DNA of 11,270 nt from the NCBI GenBank assembly GCA_937968065.1, contig CALBUD010000021.1, positions 1-11,270 of the forward strand, given 5' to 3'. Made by a program: the position numbers and the translations under genes. Under the pieces are notes generated by a model, which saw nothing but the letters and a program-made list of their open reading frames with translations, was not told the DNA's origin and did not search any database. The DNA comes from Candidatus Iainarchaeum sp. (GTDB lineage Archaea; Iainarchaeota; Iainarchaeia; Iainarchaeales; CSSED10-239). Shown here piece by piece: positions 6,332 through 11,270 of the stretch. Every line of letters starts with the position of its first letter. Position 1 is the first letter of the stretch.

Positions 6332-6382
6332 ATGGCAAAAGCTAAGGCTAAAAAAGCACCTGCAAAAGCAAAGAAAAAATAA
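6332..6382 (+). CDS. Candidate 16-aa Lys/Ala/Pro micropeptide MAKAKAKKAPAKAKKK
   Basis: ATG at 6332-6334 is preceded by GGGGGAG (6318-6324) at 7-nt spacing, the strongest SD-like element I see in the window. TAA at 6380-6382. It starts 41 nt after the acidic ORF's stop codon and is followed by a strong oligo-T terminator. It is not in the supplied ORF track because it is too short. It could be a chance ORF. Confidence 0.4.
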   Translation: MAKAKAKKAPAKAKKK

Positions 6383-6397
6383 GGTTTAATTTTTAAA

Positions 6398-6424
6398 TCT
6401 CTTTTTCTTTTTTTTCTTTTTTTT
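6398..6424 (+). terminator. Long polypyrimidine / oligo-T terminator (T5-C-T8-C-T8) ending the small-ORF cassette
   Basis: tctctttttcttttttttctttttttt is a 27-nt pure pyrimidine run that starts 16 nt after the micropeptide stop. This is the archaeal intrinsic termination signal type. Confidence 0.45.
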
Positions 6425-6569
6425 AATGCTATTTTTCTCTTATATCTGTGTATATTTTAAGTAATTTAATAAATCTATTTCTTTTTTTATTTTTTTAAAG
6501 AAAAATATATCTTTAAAAATACTTAGTATGTCTTAATATATTATAAAATATTAAATAAGGTATATTTAT

Positions 6570-8012
6570 ATGGCATATCATTGGAACTATAAAAACATAT
6601 TTACATCTGTAGGGCAAATATTATTTTATAGTAGTTTTACTTTTCTTCTACCTATAATCATGTCTTTTATATTCAAAGAAGGATATAATATTTCAATAGC
6701 TTATTTTCTAATATTTTTATCTATTTTTATAGTTGGTTATCTTTTATTTAAATCAACTTCAAAAAAAATAGTGTTTGGTTTAACTATTTCTCAATCTTTA
6801 GTAATTATATGTCTTGTTTGGCTTATATACACTTTTTTTGCATCACTTCCTTTTTATTTTTTATCTCCAGATTTAACTTTACTTGATTCTTATTTTGAAT
6901 CTATGTCTTCTTTAACAACAACAGGACTTACCATGTATTCTGACTTAACTCCTGCTTTAAAAAGTCTTGCTGTTTGGAGATCTTTTATTTCCTGGATTGG
7001 GGGTCTTGGAATTGTTGTTTTAGCTTTTTTTGGAATTATGAAAGGAATTTCAAATTCACCAAAACTAATGGCTGCAGAAGGACATGACAGATTAAGACCA
7101 AGTATTAAAAAAACAATTATTGATATGTGGTTAATTTATTTAATAGTAACTATTATAGGTGTGATATTATTAAATATTTTTGGAATGTCTTTATTTGATT
7201 CTTTTAATTATTCGATGTCTGCTGTATCAACAACAGGTTCTCAATCTAGTTCTCAAACATTATCAACTATAGGTAATGTTCCAATATATATAACTTTAAT
7301 AGCTATTATGCTTCTTGGAGCTATATCTTTTATTCTTCATTTTAAATTTTATTTAAAACGTTCTTTTAAAGTTTATTTTAAAGATTCTCAATTTATTTTT
7401 TTATTATTAATTATTTTTATTGCATCAATAATTATTTTTATAAAATTAAAAGGATATTCTTTTTTAACAATTTTATTAAATGTTGTAAGTATGATTACTT
7501 GTGGTGGGTTTAATACTTTCCCTGCTTCAAAAATTTTAGGGATTGCTCCATTTGTCTTTTTAATATTTTTACTTTTAATGTTTATAGGTGGTTCTACAAA
7601 TTCAACTGCTGGTGGTATAAAAATAGATAGATTAATATTATCAATAAAATCTATTTATTGGAAAATAAAACAAATAAATCTTCCAAATATAGCTTATTTT
7701 CCAAAAAAGTATAATGGAGAGATTGTTGAAAATTCAAGAATAAGAACTGTGTATTTTTTAATATTTATATGGTTATTTTTCATCTTACTTGGAACCTTTG
7801 TATTTACATATCATGGCTATTCAATACAAGAAAGTGTTTTTGAAGTAATCTCTGCACAAAGTAATGTTGGTTATTCTATAGGAATTACAGATAATGCAAT
7901 GTCTCCTTTTTTAAAGGTCATGCTTATTATAAATATGTGGGTTGGAAGACTTGAAATAATTCCAATTATTTCAATTATTGGTTTAATGTTTACAAGAAAA
8001 TATTTAATTTAA
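6570..8012 (+). CDS. trkH: TrkH/KtrB-family K+ transporter membrane subunit
   Basis: 480 aa and highly hydrophobic with many TM helices. It has four pore-loop (M1-P-M2) filter-like motifs, each with the conserved Gly: SSLTTTGLTMY, SAVSTTGSQ, SMITCGGFNTF and SAQSNVGYSIG. GGSTNSTAGGIK matches the conserved TrkH intramembrane loop (GS.GGGIK-like). Confidence 0.9.
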   Translation: MAYHWNYKNIFTSVGQILFYSSFTFLLPIIMSFIFKEGYNISIAYFLIFLSIFIVGYLLFKSTSKKIVFGLTISQSLVIICLVWLIYTFFASLPFYFLSPDLTLLDSYFESMSSLTTTGLTMYSDLTPALKSLAVWRSFISWIGGLGIVVLAFFGIMKGISNSPKLMAAEGHDRLRPSIKKTIIDMWLIYLIVTIIGVILLNIFGMSLFDSFNYSMSAVSTTGSQSSSQTLSTIGNVPIYITLIAIMLLGAISFILHFKFYLKRSFKVYFKDSQFIFLLLIIFIASIIIFIKLKGYSFLTILLNVVSMITCGGFNTFPASKILGIAPFVFLIFLLLMFIGGSTNSTAGGIKIDRLILSIKSIYWKIKQINLPNIAYFPKKYNGEIVENSRIRTVYFLIFIWLFFILLGTFVFTYHGYSIQESVFEVISAQSNVGYSIGITDNAMSPFLKVMLIINMWVGRLEIIPIISIIGLMFTRKYLI

Positions 8013-8078
8013 AAATATTAAAAGAATATCTTTATAAATTAAATTATCTAATAGTTATGTAAAAGAGGTTGATATTTA

Positions 8079-8735
8079 ATGCATATTATTGTTGTTGGTT
8101 GTGGAAATTTAGGTTACTATGTTGCTGAGATGTTAATGTCAGAAAATCACGATGTAATAGTTATTGAAAAAGACTTTGCAAGAAGTCAAAAAATTTCAAA
8201 TGATTTAGATATAGTTACAATAACTGGTGATGCTACAGAACCATCTGTTCTTGAAAAAGCAGGAATTGATCATACAGATACTTTAATTTGTTTAACAGAG
8301 ACTGATGAAACAAATCTAATAATTGGTCTTATGGCAAAAGAAATGGGGGTTAAAACCGTTGCTGTTTCTTTAAGTAAAGTTCATTATCATGGACCAATAA
8401 TTAAAAAATTAGGAATTGATGTTGTTATTCATCCAGAAGCAGCTGCTGCAGGGTATATAACTCAACTTGTAACTCAGCCTGATGTTTTAGATCTTTCTTT
8501 CTTTTCAAAAGGGGATGCTGAAATTGTTGAAATAGCACTTGATGATAATTCTAAATATATAGGAAAAAACGTAGAATTTTTTAATAATAAAATACCTGGT
8601 GAGACAAAAACAATTGGTCTTTATAGAGAAGGTAAATTTTTATTTACAACTGATGATATGATTTTAAAACAAAAAGATAAACTTTTAGTAATTTCTATGA
8701 AAAGTAAAGTTTCTTTGCTTAGAAAAATGAAATAA
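8079..8735 (+). CDS. trkA: TrkA/KtrA-type K+ uptake regulatory subunit (RCK_N Rossmann domain plus RCK_C)
   Basis: GAGGT SD lies ~10 nt upstream. The N-terminus MHIIVVGCGNLGYYVAEMLMSENHDVIVIEKD shows the GxGxxG...D NAD-binding fingerprint. The C-terminal ~80 aa (EIVEIALDDNSKYIGKNV...KDKLLVISMKS) is typical of TrkA-C. It lies 66 nt downstream of trkH on the same strand. Confidence 0.9.
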   Translation: MHIIVVGCGNLGYYVAEMLMSENHDVIVIEKDFARSQKISNDLDIVTITGDATEPSVLEKAGIDHTDTLICLTETDETNLIIGLMAKEMGVKTVAVSLSKVHYHGPIIKKLGIDVVIHPEAAAAGYITQLVTQPDVLDLSFFSKGDAEIVEIALDDNSKYIGKNVEFFNNKIPGETKTIGLYREGKFLFTTDDMILKQKDKLLVISMKSKVSLLRKMK

Positions 8736-9470
8736 TTATTCTTTATTTCCAAAATGCACACAAAAAGTAGTTCTAATAAGATCTTTTCCGTCTTTATCAA
8801 TTCCAACAAGACTTTTTGACATTTTTCTTTCAGTTGCGCTTTTATGTTTCATTAAATGAGTTACAAGATTTTTAGTGTACTTAAGATTATCTAAATAAAA
8901 ATCAATTCCATTTTTTTGAGATACTTCTCTTACAATATTTATGTTTGCTGAAGGTCTACTTGTTTTTTCATTAATTTTAAAAATAATATCTTTTATCTCT
9001 GCAATTATTTTTTCAAGTATTAATTTTTGTAATTTTTTATCATTAAATCTTATTTGTAAAATTGTTGTATAGTAATTTCCTGCAATTCTAGAACAAGTAA
9101 GACAAGTATCTTTTTTAATATTTATGTTTTCTATATATTTTAATTCTTTAAATTGATTTCCGATTATTGTTTTAATAGTTATTTCTGCATTATGAATATT
9201 ATTTTCTAAATCAATATTTATTTTAGTTGTTATTTTTGGTTGATTAATATCATAATATTTAATACTTTTTGAAATATCTTCTTCCATACCTTCAAAATTA
9301 TTATACCATTTGGTACCCATTTTAATTTTAAAACATTTAACGCAAAAGACAACATCAATAACAGGTATTTTTATAAGTTCATGTTCTGATAAATAACAAT
9401 CAACACAAAAATTATTAATCATTGTATTTTCTGTAATTTCTTTTCCACACTTAGGACAAAATCTTTTCAT
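8736..9470 (-). CDS. Archaeal NMD3-family protein (large-ribosomal-subunit biogenesis factor homologue)
   Basis: N-terminal Cys pairs: FCPKCGK...FCVDCY...FCVKCFKIKMGTKWY. A later CLTCSRIAGNYYTTILQIR matches the NMD3 pattern C-x2-C...y-x-a-i-v-Q-l-R. 244 aa with no eukaryote-type C-terminal extension. The start lies 15 nt downstream of the beta-CASP stop. Confidence 0.8.
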   Translation of the reverse strand: MKRFCPKCGKEITENTMINNFCVDCYLSEHELIKIPVIDVVFCVKCFKIKMGTKWYNNFEGMEEDISKSIKYYDINQPKITTKINIDLENNIHNAEITIKTIIGNQFKELKYIENINIKKDTCLTCSRIAGNYYTTILQIRFNDKKLQKLILEKIIAEIKDIIFKINEKTSRPSANINIVREVSQKNGIDFYLDNLKYTKNLVTHLMKHKSATERKMSKSLVGIDKDGKDLIRTTFCVHFGNKE

Positions 9471-9485
9471 TTTTTCTCAAAATAC

Positions 9486-10790
9486 CTATAAATCAATAAT
9501 ATCTCCAGTTCTTGGAGCAAAAGATTCATATCCTTCTTTTTTCAAAAGTTTTTGAAAATCTTCAATAGAACTTGTATCTCCATGTATACAGATAACTTTT
9601 TTAGGATTTACAAGATTTACAAACTCAATTAATTCATCTTTATCAGGATGTCCTGAAAAACTGATATGTTTAATTTCACATTGTGGCTGATATAAATCTC
9701 CATCAATAAATAATTTTCCTGTAGTTTTAAGACGATGTCCGTTTGTTCCTTCTACTTGATATCCAGACATTATAAGTTTATTATTTTTATCATCTCCAAA
9801 CTCTTTAAGATATAATAAGACAGGTCCTCCTTCAAGCATACCAGCAGTTGTAACTATTATTGCAGGATTTGTATCTTTTAAAAGATTTTTTCTAATTTTT
9901 GAATTTACAATATAATTTACATTTTTTGTAGCTTTTTTAAATTCTCTAAAATCTTTAAAATATTCTGGATATTGTAAAAATATATCTGTTGCTTTAACAC
10001 CCATACCATCAACATAAATAGGTGCTTTTATTTTATATTCATATAATAAATTTATCATCTCTTGTGTTCTTTCAATTGCAAAAGATGCTAATATAACTTT
10101 TCCTCTTTTTTTAAGAGTTTTTTCAATTTCTGTAATTAATTCTTTTTCAAGTTTTTTTCTTGAAACATGACTTTCAGAACCATAAGTGCTTTCAATTATT
10201 AAATAATCAACTTCTGGTAAATCTTTATCATATCCTGGAAACATTGAACTTTCAGAAGCTCTAAAATCTCCAGTATACATTATTTTTTTATCATCCATTT
10301 CTAATAAAGAAATTGCACTACCTGTAATGTGTCCAGCATCATAAAAAGTTAATTTTGAATGTTTTGAAATTTCAACAGTTTCTCTATTATTTAAATAAAA
10401 AGCATTTTCTTGTGTTGTATAAATATCTTCTAAATCAAATGATGCTATTTTTTTTTCAAATTTTGCAATTTTTATAGTGTCTTTCCAAAGTAGAGTTGAA
10501 AGATCTAATGTTGCTTGTGTTAAAAAAAGATTTGGATTAAATTTTTTATATAAAGAAGGTATATCTCCTGAATGATCAAGATGTGCATGACTTAAAACAA
10601 TTGCATCAATCATTTCTGTTATTTTTATTGGTTCTTCAACATTTCCTTCAAAATCTATTTTTTCTGTTTTTTCAACAAGATGTCTTGGGTGTAATTTTAA
10701 ACCGTAATCAAATAATATTTTATCACTTCCAATTAATAAAAAACCACTTCTTCCAACTTCGTGTCCTGCTCCAAGGCATTTTAATTTCAT
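9486..10790 (-). CDS. Metallo-beta-lactamase / beta-CASP ribonuclease, KH-less CPSF-type (aCPSF2-like)
   Basis: KCLGAGHEVGRSGFLL is the CPSF73-type N-terminal motif. LSHAHLDHSG is the HxHxDH motif. Further MBL and beta-CASP motifs are present in canonical order: DAGHITGSA, YTGDF, IIESTYG, SGHPDKDEL and ICIHGD. 434 aa with no N-terminal KH domains. Confidence 0.85.
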   Translation of the reverse strand: MKLKCLGAGHEVGRSGFLLIGSDKILFDYGLKLHPRHLVEKTEKIDFEGNVEEPIKITEMIDAIVLSHAHLDHSGDIPSLYKKFNPNLFLTQATLDLSTLLWKDTIKIAKFEKKIASFDLEDIYTTQENAFYLNNRETVEISKHSKLTFYDAGHITGSAISLLEMDDKKIMYTGDFRASESSMFPGYDKDLPEVDYLIIESTYGSESHVSRKKLEKELITEIEKTLKKRGKVILASFAIERTQEMINLLYEYKIKAPIYVDGMGVKATDIFLQYPEYFKDFREFKKATKNVNYIVNSKIRKNLLKDTNPAIIVTTAGMLEGGPVLLYLKEFGDDKNNKLIMSGYQVEGTNGHRLKTTGKLFIDGDLYQPQCEIKHISFSGHPDKDELIEFVNLVNPKKVICIHGDTSSIEDFQKLLKKEGYESFAPRTGDIIDL

Positions 10791-10989
10791 GTTTTGTTCA
10801 CATCCTTTTTAAATTATTAAATTAAAATAAGTATTAAATTATATAATATATAATCAAAATATTGAACTATTACAAACTACTACGATACCAGAATATGGAT
10901 TTAAAAAGTTTAAATATAAAAATATTCTGATAACATATTTGTAATACAATAAATTTAAATTGTAAATATAGAAAAAGGATTTGGTAATA
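10791..10989. promoter_or_regulatory. Divergent promoter region between the beta-CASP RNase (-) and the DHH gene (+)
   Basis: 199-bp non-coding gap between divergent starts. It holds several TATA-like elements (e.g. TTTAAATATAAAAA at ~10909-10922, TTTAAATTGTAAATATA at ~10954-10970) and AGGA at 10976-10979 upstream of the ATG at 10990. No individual element can be assigned confidently in this AT-rich background. Confidence 0.3.
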
Positions 10990-11270
10990 ATGAAGATATT
11001 TTATCATAATGACGATGATGGAAAAGCATCGGCAAGAATAGTATATATAAATTTAAAGAAAAGTGGAGTTGCAGATACTTTGCTTAAAGAACATGCTTTT
11101 ATTGAAGTGGATTATTCAACTGATTTTCCAAAAGAAAAGGTGAATACAGATTCTATAGTTTATATTGTAGATTTGTCATTTACTGAAAAAACTTATAAAG
11201 ATATAATATGGATATTAGAATACGGAACCAAAGTAGTTTGGATCGATCATCATAAATCATCTAATACAGC
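10990..11270 (+). CDS. DHH-family phosphoesterase, 5' portion (continues beyond the window)
   Basis: Own translation: MKIFYHNDDDGKASARIVYINLKKSGVADTLLKEHAFIEVDYSTDFPKEKVNTDSIVYIVDLSFTEKTYKDIIWILEYGTKVVWIDHHKSSNT. DHH motif I (H-N-D-D-D-G...S), motif II (IVDLS) and motif III (IDHH) occur in canonical order and spacing. It is absent from the ORF track because it runs off the window. Confidence 0.75.
   Translation, partial: MKIFYHNDDDGKASARIVYINLKKSGVADTLLKEHAFIEVDYSTDFPKEKVNTDSIVYIVDLSFTEKTYKDIIWILEYGTKVVWIDHHKSSNT

Noticed and set aside
6096-6382. Toxin-antitoxin interpretation of the acidic/basic ORF pair
   Set aside because: Neither ORF has any recognisable toxin or antitoxin fold or motif. 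Both are low-complexity sequence and the basic ORF is only 16 aa. The pair is kept only as a charge-complementary hypothesis.
5828-6569. tRNA-adjacent integrated element (island next to the tRNA-Arg 3' end)
   Set aside because: There is no integrase or recombinase. No direct repeat of the tRNA 3' half (gggttcaaatcccactcggtct) occurs anywhere downstream in the window, and no composition shift is visible.
6383-6569. Riboswitch or structured leader upstream of trkH (e.g. cyclic-di-AMP type)
   Set aside because: The region is almost entirely A/T plus a polypyrimidine run and has no G/C-containing helices that could build a conserved aptamer. Known K+ transport riboswitches are bacterial.
8621-8809. 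62-aa minus-strand ORF
   Set aside because: It straddles the 3' ends of trkA and NMD3 in other frames, has no independent support, and both overlapped genes carry strong family motifs.
10583-10825. 80-aa + strand ORF
   Set aside because: It is antisense to the 5' part of the beta-CASP RNase gene, including the HxHxDH-coding region. Its composition is typical of a shadow ORF.

Overview
This is a very AT-rich, tightly packed chromosomal segment that reads as archaeal. It has an NMD3 homologue, a CPSF-type beta-CASP RNase, a tRNA with no encoded CCA, and oligo-T terminators. From the compaction and gene content it is plausibly from a small-genome DPANN-like lineage, but that is inference. Left to right the window contains: (1) the 3' end of a membrane-anchored surface protein. 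(2) A 613-aa surface protein with a signal peptide, Ig-like modules and a C-terminal anchor. (3) On the minus strand, an ~820-aa Lys/Glu-rich coiled-coil protein with an internal 591-nt duplication, sitting 4 nt behind a short lid-less adenylate kinase. (4) A PPOX-like FMN-binding split-barrel gene interrupted by an in-frame TAA. (5) tRNA-Arg(CCT). (6) An isolated mini-cassette encoding a poly-Asp/Glu protein and a 16-aa Lys/Ala micropeptide. (7) trkH-trkA K+ uptake genes. (8) A minus-strand beta-CASP RNase and NMD3 pair. (9) The 5' end of a DHH phosphoesterase gene. I see no CRISPR array, transposase, integrase, rRNA, or recognisable defence or toxin gene. I cannot point to a clear-cut new multi-gene system. 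The most unusual items are the charge-complementary acidic/basic mini-cassette (6096-6382), the repeat-built coiled-coil protein coupled to adk, the in-frame stop in the PPOX-like gene abutting the tRNA, and the tandem surface proteins. All functional calls come from motif recognition by eye; no searches were run.
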